Shown here one piece after another: positions 35,001 to 44,901 of a stretch of DNA of 64,000 bases. The position numbers and the translations under genes are program-made. How positions within the stretch are numbered: position 1 is the first letter of the stretch; each line of letters opens with the position of its first letter. The stretch is taken from assembly GCF_055900595.2 (NCBI RefSeq), contig NZ_CM148325.1; one strand, 5' to 3'. Under the pieces are notes generated by a model. The model had not been told where the DNA came from. It searched no databases and worked only from the letters and a program-made list of their open reading frames with translations.

Positions 35001-37131
35001 CACGCTGGATGTTATCTACACGGTGATAACCAGCCCGGACTCACCGAGCGCGAAATTCTGGGGACACATGCCGGACACCTTTACCAGTTCGGCAGGCGTC
35101 ACCTTCAGACGACCGCTCCTGAAAGCCGAAGCGACTTCAGGGTCATCGATTAGCACTAACGGTAATGGTGAAGTGTGGTCGTATATGAGCAACGTTCAAA
35201 ATTTAACATCGACAGATTGTCCGCTGGAGAATCAACCGCGCAGTAATGAATTGTTGGATTTGTATAATGATCATCCCAACGGCGCGATAATGACTGACCT
35301 GGGGCTGCCGATATATGCAGGCAAGTGGTGGGCTTATGATATGGTCATGCCGGATTTATATACGTGGCAGTATCAGACTGTCAGCCTGAGCGCAGGAGAT
35401 ATCGCGAAGAGCTCGGCAAACAACGCGCTGATGCTTTGCCTGGCGAAGCCGCATCCGGCAGGCGTCAGCGTAATGTTGACGTCATCCGCAATGGATAACG
35501 CCAGAACCCTCAGTAATGGCGGGCGACCCAGCGCGTCAGTGAAAAAAGGTAACCCACTGCCAATTGTGGTGACGGTCAAAGATCGTGATGGCAACCCGCT
35601 GGCGGGAGAGGCCGTGACGCTCAGGCGTGGTTCAGCGATGAGTCGTTCAGGAGCAGGAGTGGGCACGCCGGCAAATGCAATGACGTTGACAGAATTGACA
35701 CCTGTGTCGGCGGAGTTTTCTCTGGCCGCACACGATACGCAATGGCAAGGTTTCACCGGTAGTGATGGTACGGCCACTTTCAATGTTGAACAGCCTGAGA
35801 CCATCGGCCTGGCTATCTCGTTCACCGCTATACTGGCGCGAGATGTCGCAACTACCAGCGTCATTGATGCGATCTTTACCGTCGTCACCAGCCCGGATTC
35901 CGCAATGGCGACCTACTGGGGCCATATGCCGGATACGGTAACGGCGGAAAACGGCGTGGTCTTTGAACGGCCTAAATTGTTGAAAGAGCTGCCGTCGAGC
36001 GCCGGAGTCAGTCAGGTGACGGATAACAATGAAGTGTGGCCGTTGTTTAAGGCAACGCAAAGGGAAGATAGCAGCCTCAGTCCTTGTGAAGCGGCACGTC
36101 GGCCATTGAGCGATGATTTATTATCGCTCTACGCGCGCTATCCGGGGAACACGCTGACGACTCAAATCGGCTGGTCTACGAAGTATGCATGGTGGGCACT
36201 GGATAACAAGCAGGGGAATGCCCTGGTTGTCAGTCTGAATAATGGTTTTGAGTCGTCGACGGCGAGTACGGGGTATCAGGGATGTCTGGTCAATCCCCGC
36301 GCGACCGTCTCCAGCGTCACGCTGACATCGACGGCGATAGATGCCACTACGCAGGCGGCGAAGGTAAAAAAAGGTGAAGCCGCGCCCGTCGTTGTTACCG
36401 TAAAAGACAGCGCCGGGAAGCCGGTACCTAATGTCGCTTTCACCTTAAAACGTGGTGATGCCGTGCCGCGTAACAGCGGGGCGACGTTGTATGGTGATGT
36501 TGCGGCGATGGATGATATGACGGTACAACCTGCCAGCGGGACGGTGGTAACGCTGGCTGACAGTGGGAATACGATCGACGGTGTGACAGGGGCGGACGGT
36601 ACGGCAAGTTTTGCCGTTCGTCAGGATAATACGCCAGGATATAAAACGCCGTTGACGGTGACGCTGACGGATAACGCCACAATAACGGCGACGCTGGATA
36701 CGATTTTCACCGTGCCGACCAGCCCGAATGTCGCCACGGCGTATTTCTGGGGGCATATGGCGGATACCGCCACCGTAAGTGGCAAGACGTTACATCGCCC
36801 GCTATTGAAATCAGAGTTGCCGTCAGGGGCTACAGCGGCAGTAGCGCCAACGGTGAATAATGAAATCTGGGCGCTGGCACATGTGATCGATGCTCAAAAA
36901 TGGGATATTGCAAAGCAGTGCGGTGACTTTAGTAGAGCACCGAGCTATACCGATTTACAGTCATTGCATAGCGGTTTTAGCGCGCTGGGATGGCCATCAT
37001 CGATAAGCTTCCCCTATTTCTCTACCGATCGGGCCGGTTCGTTCTATTGTGGTATGGATGAAGGGGCGGGGACACAAAACTGCGGTATTCAGGCATCCAG
37101 TACCGCAGGGTTTGCGACTTGTTTCCAGTAG
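29044..37131 (+). CDS. ratA: giant repetitive secreted/surface protein (RatA-like)
   Basis: 2695-aa ORF with N-terminal signal peptide; nine tandem ~270-aa units each carrying FTV(V/L)TSPD..(M/F)WGHM motifs. Confidence 0.8.
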   Translation: MSVCLKPGKIIMLLGMLAAFMLSDFARAGAEWQTYPDSTGEFNGTVPFADSASVPVYQGSVQLNPAESHDVGFSAKPNEFSVDDDAANLIVANPQDNEGDQFSTPPALRWENQTPPTVSLVWADAATPDVPLNPQPIANRSFCAQGLAGRSLVAWPQIDAQQTLPLLYLLTSTGYPYAGTVALVDQKVTLNIAPAQGDLISVSASGYNETIAAAKTTVGDTITLTVTTKDCQGNVAGNIPFIIKRKDAENRQGAVNNSAPVVLDSTELTTTATEYHGTSDANGTATITVSQPNGPGVKTPLVVSISGIAQTSETAVIFTVLTSPDAAQATMWGHMAETVEAHGYTFSRPKLAAEVSNESATVVDHNETWSTFTWSGADNHCTVLPGMRHFGALATVIPTSVQTVLGWPMQGDYYWSSLAGTTGQHHAADVSNRGETQKPDSTPFLVSCVDKPAPDVEPKIVLTPENYDDTAQAMKSQVGEDATMRLTITDNKNNDQPLAYYYFSLHLDDGVNRKNQTDSAWEAHPVQITGGSNLQQVDAHTYEGMTDVNGQASLTLSQPDGAGVKTHITAKMRSNFTATDAKDVIFTVITSPDSDKARMWGHMRGIVVSGSLFKRPVLADETEHELGSVRENNEDWALFDQDTSMQAECGVGHTPSQSGLESLFSAHPGNAIGTEYGWPTAQQNYLSAVEQATHSSVNLANGNVDSYPGFKRNYLSCSGNEMVAKVEVSTDHDVTPGTKAQAKVGDTVVMTVRTVNALNNTPVPFTAFTITKGMGYNRAGLVSGFDDPSSGAISMNGTQYGTSQPSMVYTGTTDAQGVATVEIEQPQGVGLRTVLSITPVNSHLPNAINYNVIFTTPTSPDVSGAQMWGHMDETITVDSLTFTRPKLAAEITSPDGTLTEKNEVWARVSQASTAITSKGGCGTNMLPRRSQLSALYDANNGNAVQATHGWPTQRQPYWSSSPADLTPHNYTIALDNGAQAIGGDTPVYVSCLTTANKPASSITLDVVDNAQWAAGNNAAKLKKGETLQVKVTVKDAQGNPLTDMPFKLSRGDGYTRTGEKHIAGSGDALVAPVVINSGLADETTLNDTAGFYTAMTGSDGSKILNITRPDTHGTKTALTATLYSDPTKKDSLDTIFTVVTSPDSSKAKMWGHMPETLTAADGTVFKRPLLIKELSSQTGRTAIFEDNENWALFTQTQANSTSNGCGTSYVPTQAGLLSLFDNHAGNTIKTVQGWPVVTRYLSSTPDNTGMEQRNYKAVDLGNGTSAMVSTSTLDLLTCQTTPVTTVSQILLEAADPAALIYVDDTLSVVKAKKGEESVVRVTTKDAQGNPVGNAAFILKRATSINRRYTSATASVGALTVTDAWGNTRSNFQATTEMIYGVTGADGSTTFTLKQDNSTGLRTDLTASLDGVSSVQATLPMVFTVVTSPDSPKANFWGHMPETVTAADGMTYKRPLLFKELTNNYARYSTFENGEDWARFSVVQSNNTDMDGCGAEYMPTLDGLQSLYSANSGNAMSTVQGWPVANSYLTNTPSDTQPSNRYYNVVQLNSGAVSQIVTTVLALQTCRTTPAVIASQVSLEPADATQFVKVDDTLSAIKVKKGDEVVIRVTTKDAQGNPVGNTPFTLKRSSSFNRQNALVTMQTVSVTPAAASTVDTNASATVYGVTGPDGTTTMTLRQDASTGLKTDFYALLNDTGVSSNTLPVIFTVVTSPDTPLAANWGHMAETFTSSKGVTFKRPFLKAELSGGTAVTTNNEVWSRLTATEKTDASKAGCDESYQPLMTDMQGLYADYPNNQLGTVLGLPTSAGYMWAYDMMTVSGSSWSNQAYSLVNGQTVQASSSYTAVVMCLVEPHTVPAMIEITSTAQDAAKTVSNGGRPSAVAKKGETIPLTVTVRDSTGNPVPYADFTLTRGTTLDRSKATVNSSADDLTVKSLIPANSDAGLTANGAKVLRTTGSDGTATFEVSQNATTGLATPITVTLARDTTKTATLDVIYTVITSPDSPSAKFWGHMPDTFTSSAGVTFRRPLLKAEATSGSSISTNGNGEVWSYMSNVQNLTSTDCPLENQPRSNELLDLYNDHPNGAIMTDLGLPIYAGKWWAYDMVMPDLYTWQYQTVSLSAGDIAKSSANNALMLCLAKPHPAGVSVMLTSSAMDNARTLSNGGRPSASVKKGNPLPIVVTVKDRDGNPLAGEAVTLRRGSAMSRSGAGVGTPANAMTLTELTPVSAEFSLAAHDTQWQGFTGSDGTATFNVEQPETIGLAISFTAILARDVATTSVIDAIFTVVTSPDSAMATYWGHMPDTVTAENGVVFERPKLLKELPSSAGVSQVTDNNEVWPLFKATQREDSSLSPCEAARRPLSDDLLSLYARYPGNTLTTQIGWSTKYAWWALDNKQGNALVVSLNNGFESSTASTGYQGCLVNPRATVSSVTLTSTAIDATTQAAKVKKGEAAPVVVTVKDSAGKPVPNVAFTLKRGDAVPRNSGATLYGDVAAMDDMTVQPASGTVVTLADSGNTIDGVTGADGTASFAVRQDNTPGYKTPLTVTLTDNATITATLDTIFTVPTSPNVATAYFWGHMADTATVSGKTLHRPLLKSELPSGATAAVAPTVNNEIWALAHVIDAQKWDIAKQCGDFSRAPSYTDLQSLHSGFSALGWPSSISFPYFSTDRAGSFYCGMDEGAGTQNCGIQASSTAGFATCFQ
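29650..37100 (+). repeat. nine in-frame tandem coding repeats (~0.81-0.86 kb period) within the ratA-like gene
   Basis: WGHM signature recurs near nt 30033, 30838, 31642, 32490, 33347, 34197, 35058, 35917 and 36757. Confidence 0.8.
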
Positions 37132-37178
37132 TCTTATCGGGTCTGTAAGCGGGGGAAAGTCTGGTACGCAATACGTCT

Positions 37179-38576
<1,398 letters not shown>

Positions 38577-38658
38577 TTATTCAGTCGATAGTAACCCGCC
38601 CTCCGGGGATAGCAAGCATTTTTTGCAAAAAGGGGTAGATGCAATCGGTTACGCTCTG

Positions 38659-38664
38659 TATAAT
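38659..38664 (+). promoter_or_regulatory. candidate -10 hexamer (TATAAT) of the guaBA promoter
   Basis: Perfect TATAAT 44 bp upstream of the guaB ATG in the xseA-guaB divergent region; -35 element not clearly resolved. Confidence 0.4.
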
Positions 38665-38707
38665 GCCGCGGCAATATTTATTAACCACTCTGGTCGAGAT
38701 ATTGCCC

Positions 38708-40174
38708 ATGCTACGTATCGCTAAAGAAGCTCTGACGTTTGACGACGTTCTCCTCGTTCCTGCACATTCTACCGTTCTGCCGAATACCGCTGACCTCAGC
38801 ACCCAGCTGACAAAAACTATTCGTCTGAATATCCCTATGCTCTCCGCAGCAATGGATACCGTAACGGAAGCGCGCCTGGCTATCGCCCTGGCTCAGGAAG
38901 GCGGTATCGGCTTTATCCACAAAAACATGTCCATTGAACGCCAGGCTGAAGAAGTTCGCCGCGTGAAAAAACACGAATCTGGCGTGGTAACCGATCCGCA
39001 GACTGTTCTGCCAACCACGACGCTGCGCGAAGTGAAAGAGCTGACCGAGCGTAACGGTTTTGCAGGCTATCCGGTTGTGACCGAAGAAAACGAACTGGTC
39101 GGCATTATCACCGGTCGTGACGTGCGTTTTGTTACCGATCTGAACCAGCCGGTTAGCGTTTACATGACGCCGAAAGAGCGTCTGGTAACCGTGCGTGAAG
39201 GCGAAGCCCGTGAAGTGGTGCTGGCAAAAATGCACGAAAAACGCGTTGAAAAAGCGCTGGTGGTTGATGATGAATTCCACCTGATCGGCATGATCACTGT
39301 GAAGGACTTCCAGAAAGCGGAACGTAAACCGAACGCCTGTAAAGACGAACAAGGCCGTCTGCGTGTAGGTGCAGCGGTTGGCGCAGGTGCGGGTAACGAA
39401 GAGCGTGTTGATGCGCTGGTTGCCGCAGGCGTTGACGTTCTGCTGATCGACTCCTCTCACGGTCACTCTGAAGGCGTTCTGCAGCGTATCCGTGAAACTC
39501 GCGCTAAATATCCTGACCTGCAAATCATCGGCGGCAACGTGGCAACAGCTGCAGGTGCCCGCGCGCTGGCAGAAGCCGGTTGCAGTGCCGTTAAAGTGGG
39601 TATCGGCCCAGGTTCTATTTGTACTACCCGCATTGTTACTGGCGTCGGTGTACCGCAGATCACTGCCGTTGCTGACGCAGTAGAAGCCCTGGAAGGCACC
39701 GGGATTCCGGTTATCGCTGACGGTGGTATTCGTTTCTCTGGCGATATCGCGAAAGCTATCGCTGCTGGTGCAAGCGCGGTGATGGTAGGCTCCATGCTGG
39801 CAGGTACGGAAGAATCCCCGGGTGAAATCGAACTCTACCAGGGCCGTTCTTACAAGTCTTACCGTGGGATGGGCTCTCTGGGCGCGATGTCCAAAGGTTC
39901 TTCTGACCGTTACTTCCAGAGCGACAACGCTGCCGACAAACTGGTGCCGGAAGGTATCGAAGGTCGCGTAGCCTATAAAGGTCGCCTGAAAGAGATCATT
40001 CACCAGCAGATGGGCGGCCTGCGCTCCTGTATGGGCCTGACCGGCTGTGGTACTATCGACGAACTGCGTACTAAAGCGGAGTTTGTACGTATCAGCGGTG
40101 CGGGCATTCAGGAAAGCCACGTTCACGACGTGACCATTACTAAAGAGTCCCCGAACTACCGTCTGGGCTCCTGA
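38708..40174 (+). CDS. guaB: IMP dehydrogenase
   Basis: ORF 38639..40174; start [18 protein letters not shown] at 38708; catalytic [11 protein letters not shown] loop. Confidence 0.95.
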
Positions 40175-40242
40175 TTCTCTTCGCCCGACTTCATGTCGGG
40201 CGATTTATATTATCTGTTTCACTTGCCTCGGAATAAGCGTCA

Positions 40243-41820
40243 ATGACGGAAAACATTCATAAGCATCGCATCCTCATTCTGGACTTCGGTTCTCAGTACA
40301 CCCAACTGGTTGCGCGCCGCGTGCGTGAACTGGGTGTTTACTGCGAACTGTGGGCGTGGGATGTGACAGAAGCACAAATTCGTGACTTCAATCCAAGCGG
40401 CATTATTCTTTCCGGCGGCCCGGAAAGCACCACCGAAGAAAACAGCCCGCGTGCGCCGCAGTATGTCTTTGAAGCAGGCGTACCGGTATTCGGCGTTTGC
40501 TATGGTATGCAGACCATGGCAATGCAGTTGGGTGGTCATGTTGAAGCCTCTAACGAACGTGAATTTGGCTATGCGCAGGTTGAAGTCGTAAACGACAGCG
40601 CACTGGTTCGCGGTATCGAAGATGCGCTGACAGCAGACGGTAAACCTCTGCTCGATGTCTGGATGAGCCATGGCGATAAAGTTACCGCTATCCCGTCCGA
40701 CTTCATCACCGTAGCCAGCACCGAAAGCTGCCCGTTCGCCATCATGGCAAATGAAGAAAAACGCTTCTATGGCGTACAGTTCCACCCGGAAGTGACTCAT
40801 ACCCGCCAGGGGATGCGCATGCTGGAGCGTTTTGTGCGTGATATCTGCCAGTGTGAAGCCCTGTGGACGCCAGCGAAAATTATCGACGATGCAGTAGCCC
40901 GTATCCGCGAGCAGGTAGGCGACGATAAAGTGATCCTCGGCCTCTCTGGTGGCGTGGATTCCTCCGTGACTGCAATGCTGCTGCACCGCGCAATCGGCAA
41001 AAACCTGACTTGCGTATTCGTTGACAACGGCCTGCTGCGTCTCAACGAAGCAGAGCAGGTTCTGGATATGTTTGGCGATCACTTTGGTCTGAACATTGTT
41101 CACGTTCCGGCAGAAGATCGCTTCTTGTCAGCGCTGGCTGGTGAAAACGATCCGGAAGCAAAACGTAAAATCATCGGTCGCGTTTTCGTTGAAGTATTCG
41201 ATGAAGAAGCGCTGAAACTGGAAGATGTGAAGTGGCTGGCGCAGGGTACTATCTACCCTGATGTTATCGAATCTGCCGCGTCTGCAACCGGTAAAGCTCA
41301 CGTCATCAAATCTCACCATAACGTGGGCGGCCTGCCGAAAGAGATGAAGATGGGCCTGGTTGAACCGCTGAAAGAGCTGTTCAAAGACGAAGTGCGTAAA
41401 ATTGGTCTGGAGCTGGGCCTGCCGTACGACATGCTGTACCGTCACCCGTTCCCGGGACCAGGCCTTGGCGTTCGTGTGCTGGGCGAAGTGAAGAAAGAGT
41501 ACTGCGACCTGCTGCGCCGTGCTGATGCCATCTTCATTGAAGAACTGCGTAAAGCGGACCTGTACGACAAAGTTAGCCAGGCGTTTACCGTGTTCCTGCC
41601 GGTACGTTCTGTTGGCGTAATGGGCGATGGTCGTAAATACGACTGGGTTGTGTCTCTGCGTGCCGTCGAAACCATCGACTTTATGACCGCACACTGGGCG
41701 CATCTGCCGTACGATTTCCTTGGTCGCGTTTCCAACCGCATTATCAATGAAGTGAACGGTATTTCCCGCGTGGTGTATGACATCAGCGGCAAGCCACCGG
41801 CGACTATTGAGTGGGAATGA
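40243..41820 (+). CDS. guaA: GMP synthase (glutamine-hydrolysing)
   Basis: 525-aa ORF; GATase domain (GVCYGMQ) plus ATP-pyrophosphatase SGGVDSSV motif. Confidence 0.95.
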
Positions 41821-41865
41821 TTCGTTAACGCTTTTCTGCGATTAACACCCATCGAAAATAATACT

Positions 41866-41900
41866 AACCGCCTTGATTTACAGGCGGTTTTTTTATTTTC
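41866..41900 (+). terminator. rho-independent terminator after guaA
   Basis: AACCGCC-TTGATTTACA-GGCGGTT hairpin followed by TTTTTTATTTT. Confidence 0.8.
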
Positions 41901-41985
41901 AGTCATTAATAACCATCAGTTACTATCTGTTGTTTTTAGCGGTAAATTTGACGGTATAAGAAATTTTTAGTCAGTGTTACACTCC

Positions 41986-42024
41986 ATTTTACCGTCAGGT
42001 TTTAGCCAGCGGTGACGGTAAAAT
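41986..42024. promoter_or_regulatory. perfect 12-bp inverted repeat just upstream of the integrase start (candidate operator or att-associated site)
   Basis: ATTTTACCGTCA (41986..41997) and TGACGGTAAAAT (42013..42024) separated by 15 bp; a related GACGGTA half-site occurs near 41950. Confidence 0.45.
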
Positions 42025-42030
42025 TTCACA

Positions 42031-43245
42031 ATGGAGAGTGACCCGATGCTGACCGATACCAAACTGAAAAACCTCAAAGCGCGGGAAAAACTTTATAAAG
42101 TTGCAGACCGTGATGGGCTGTATGTAACCGTATCTCCCAAGGGATTGGTGACGTTTCGCTATGACTATCGAATCAATGGTCGTCGTGAAACGTTAACTAT
42201 TGGTCGCTATGGTGACGGTATTTCTCTGGCGCAGGCGCGCGAAAAATTAGTGGAAGCCAAAAAACGCGTAAATGCAGGAATATCGCCCGCTGGAGAGAAG
42301 CGTGACGGTAAAACAAAGCGAAAAGAAGAAAAGACACTCCACGATTTTACCGTCAGCTACATGAAACACACCCGGCTGGCGGACAGCACAAGGGCGATGA
42401 AGCAAAGCATTATCGACAGAGACATCACGCCAGTATGGGGGCGCAAGCTGCTGTCAGAGATAACCCCCTCTCTCCTACGTGAGTATTGCGACAAGATAAA
42501 AGCGCGTGGTGCGCCAGCGACGGCGATTCAGGTTCGCAATATCGTTAGTGCGGTATTTAAGTTCGCCGCGCTTCACGGCGACTATTACCCCAATCCTGCC
42601 GAAGAGGTTTTACCGGCTTCAATTGCGACATTCGAAGCGCGCGACAGGGCGCTCAAGCCAGAGGAGATAGGCTGGTTTTTCAATCAGCTTGAACAAACGG
42701 GTACATTACCCACCATCAAGCTGGCCATTAAATTGGTTTTATTAACGATGGTACGTAAAAGTGAACTGCTGAACGCTCCGTGGGGTGAGGTTAATTTTAA
42801 TGCCTGCCTTTGGACGATTGACGCCAGCCGGATGAAGGGATCACGGGATCATAATGTTTATCTGTCCCGGCAGGCACAGGACATTCTGATTGCCCTGAAA
42901 ATGTGCGCAGGAAGCAGTGATTGGGTTTTGCCTTCATGCAATCAGTCGTCGCATAAGACCATGTCGGCGGCGACCTTAAACCGGGTCATTAATCTTACGG
43001 TTAAGCAGGCGCAGGAACGGGGGATCAGGCTGGCGTCGTTTTCCGTTCACGATATGCGCCGAACGGCATCGACGTTATTGCATGAGGCGGGGTTTAATTC
43101 CGACTGGATAGAAAAATGCCTCGCGCACGAGGAAAGAAGCGTCAGAGCCGTTTATAACAAAGCGGAATACGCAGAGCAGCGCCGTGATATGTTGCAGCAG
43201 TGGGCGGATATGGTTGATGGGTGGATCAAGCAATACCGCCCGTAA
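42031..43245 (+). CDS. int: tyrosine-type site-specific integrase (P4-like family)
   Basis: 404-aa ORF; N-terminal LTDTKLKNLKAREKLYKVADRDGLYVTV arm-binding type sequence and C-terminal catalytic region (HDMRRTASTLL..CLAHEE..VYN); alternative start ATG 42046. Confidence 0.9.
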   Translation: MESDPMLTDTKLKNLKAREKLYKVADRDGLYVTVSPKGLVTFRYDYRINGRRETLTIGRYGDGISLAQAREKLVEAKKRVNAGISPAGEKRDGKTKRKEEKTLHDFTVSYMKHTRLADSTRAMKQSIIDRDITPVWGRKLLSEITPSLLREYCDKIKARGAPATAIQVRNIVSAVFKFAALHGDYYPNPAEEVLPASIATFEARDRALKPEEIGWFFNQLEQTGTLPTIKLAIKLVLLTMVRKSELLNAPWGEVNFNACLWTIDASRMKGSRDHNVYLSRQAQDILIALKMCAGSSDWVLPSCNQSSHKTMSAATLNRVINLTVKQAQERGIRLASFSVHDMRRTASTLLHEAGFNSDWIEKCLAHEERSVRAVYNKAEYAEQRRDMLQQWADMVDGWIKQYRP

Positions 43246-43248
43246 GTA

Positions 43249-43503
43249 CTATGCGGGGATCTTGGTACCAGAGCGCTTTGGGACTTTGGCCAGATTTTTC
43301 TGTACCGCGTTATCAATATGGTGATGGTTATTTTCCTGCCGTGCTTTGAGCCAGCGTTCCACTTCCTCTTTGTCCCACGCGACGGCGCGCTTCGTTAGCG
43401 CAAAACGTTTGGGAAACAGGCCTTTTTGCTCCAACGCATAAATCGTACTTTCAGAGAGTGGCACCATCTGTAAAAGCACGTTTTTTCTAATGGCAATTTT
43501 CAT
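43249..43503 (-). CDS. AlpA/Vis-family phage transcriptional regulator (excisionase-like)
   Basis: 84-aa ORF resembling AlpA (..LSESTIYALEQKGLFPKRFALTKRAVAWDKEEVERWL..); adjacent to and divergent from int. Confidence 0.75.
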   Translation of the reverse strand: MKIAIRKNVLLQMVPLSESTIYALEQKGLFPKRFALTKRAVAWDKEEVERWLKARQENNHHHIDNAVQKNLAKVPKRSGTKIPA

Positions 43504-44314
43504 TGTTTATTCCTTTAATCCAAAGGCACTCAGTTCTGATAACAGATCCTTTTTTACCAGCAGCGGCAGATTGCTTTGTCTCTTTACGCCAGCCGGTTAG
43601 CAAATCGTTATACATTTCGGTGTCGTAGCCGCTGATAACCACGCTTCCTTGTAACCGGGTGACGGTCTCCAGTAAGCGCAGGTGGGCACCATCGTCCATT
43701 TCGTGGCGATAATATTTGTTAGTCAGATTACGGGTGCTATGAACATACGGCGGATCGACAAAATGCAGCGTGTCGGCGGCGTCATGATCCAGAATACACT
43801 GGATGGCATCGCGGTTTTCCACCAGAACCCCTTCAAAACGCTGACCAACGGCGGCCAGATTATCGGGCATACGGCTCCAGATGTGTTGGGCCGTTCCACT
43901 GGCGCGTTTAGTGTCCAGCCGAAAGCCGGTAGTGCCTTTAGTTGCCCCGGCAGAACCGAAGCCCATCGTGGCGCGAATCACTAAACGCCTTGCCTGTTCA
44001 ACAGAATTTTTCCCATAGCGATAGGCCGAAATAAACTCGGTGCGGGAATAGGGTGTCAGGCTGCAGGCTTCAACCAGTCTTTCGCGCAGTTGTGGGGTAC
44101 GAAGAACGGCGAACAGGTTAACGACGTCGCCATCCAGATCGTTGTAAACCTCGGCGTAGCTACGTGGTTTTCTGAGCAGTACGCTGGCTGCACCGCCGAA
44201 GGGTTCCACATAGCATCTGTGGGCCGGAAAGTGGCTAATGATCCACGGAGCTAGTCGCCACTTGCCGCCGTGGTAGCGGATTGCAGGGTGCTTAATCATC
44301 CAGTTTTTCTCCAC
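43487..44314 (-). CDS. Dam-family DNA N6-adenine methyltransferase (paralog 1)
   Basis: 275-aa ORF with N-terminal YHGGK..RCYVEPFGGAAS AdoMet motif and catalytic DPPY motif. Confidence 0.8.
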   Translation of the reverse strand: MEKNWMIKHPAIRYHGGKWRLAPWIISHFPAHRCYVEPFGGAASVLLRKPRSYAEVYNDLDGDVVNLFAVLRTPQLRERLVEACSLTPYSRTEFISAYRYGKNSVEQARRLVIRATMGFGSAGATKGTTGFRLDTKRASGTAQHIWSRMPDNLAAVGQRFEGVLVENRDAIQCILDHDAADTLHFVDPPYVHSTRNLTNKYYRHEMDDGAHLRLLETVTRLQGSVVISGYDTEMYNDLLTGWRKETKQSAAAGKKGSVIRTECLWIKGINNENCH

Positions 44315-44891
44315 GCCGTTCTACGTTCAGGTGTCGCCACTGCACCGCAATCCGTTTCATCACCGCATTCCCCTCTGGGATCACCTCCTGCGGCTCCTTC
44401 ATCAACATGACCCGCCCCCGAATAACGATCAGCGCTTGTTCCAGCAGGCCATAGTCCAGATAACAGAGATCGGGAATATCCAGTTGCCACACATAGCCAT
44501 TCCATGCTGAAAGTAGCACTTGCGCGGCGGCGCGTCCGCCGCTGGTTTCTGTGAGCGCGATTTTGGCAAGTGTATTGACGGCTGCGCCATATTCCTCTGG
44601 CGTGACGCGGAGTTTCTGCTGGCTGTTATCTTCTTTTGCCAGCGTTAATAATCCAATCGGGTGTAATACGCCCAGCTCTTCCATCTTTTCTTTCAATGTT
44701 GCAGCTGTATTCCATCCAATTCTGAATTTGCGCTGCAGGCGGCTGATACTGATAATGCCTTCCGCCTCGGCCAGTTCGACCGCTTTGGGATAGAGTTCAT
44801 TGAGCCGATATTCGTAATCAGCGAAGGGCGCACCGCTATTCTCTGGCAGGCCAGAGAGTGTTTGTGAATTATTTCCAGAGGATTTCATCAT
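44292..44891 (-). CDS. protein with FtsK-gamma-like winged-helix domain
   Basis: 199-aa ORF; segment ISISRLQRKFRIGWNTAATLKEKMEELGVL closely parallels the FtsK gamma domain ([29 protein letters not shown]); overlaps downstream Dam gene by 23 bp. Confidence 0.55.
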   Translation of the reverse strand: MMKSSGNNSQTLSGLPENSGAPFADYEYRLNELYPKAVELAEAEGIISISRLQRKFRIGWNTAATLKEKMEELGVLHPIGLLTLAKEDNSQQKLRVTPEEYGAAVNTLAKIALTETSGGRAAAQVLLSAWNGYVWQLDIPDLCYLDYGLLEQALIVIRGRVMLMKEPQEVIPEGNAVMKRIAVQWRHLNVERRGEKLDD

Positions 44892-44901
44892 AATTTCCTT
44901 T

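Noticed and set aside
29650-37100. Possible CRISPR array, suggested by regularly spaced repeats
   Set aside because: Repeat period is about 0.85 kb and the sequence is one continuous protein-coding frame; these are protein domain repeats. Likewise the 132-bp repeats in gene H are coding. No short direct repeats with unique spacers seen anywhere in the window.
38711-40126. 471-aa ORF antisense to guaB
   Set aside because: guaB identity on the plus strand is unambiguous; the long antisense ORF is a known artefact of this gene's composition.
41821-42030. tRNA or tmRNA gene at the prophage junction
   Set aside because: No sequence with tRNA-like acceptor/T-arm features in the ~210 bp between guaA and int; integration appears to be next to a protein-coding gene's terminator instead.
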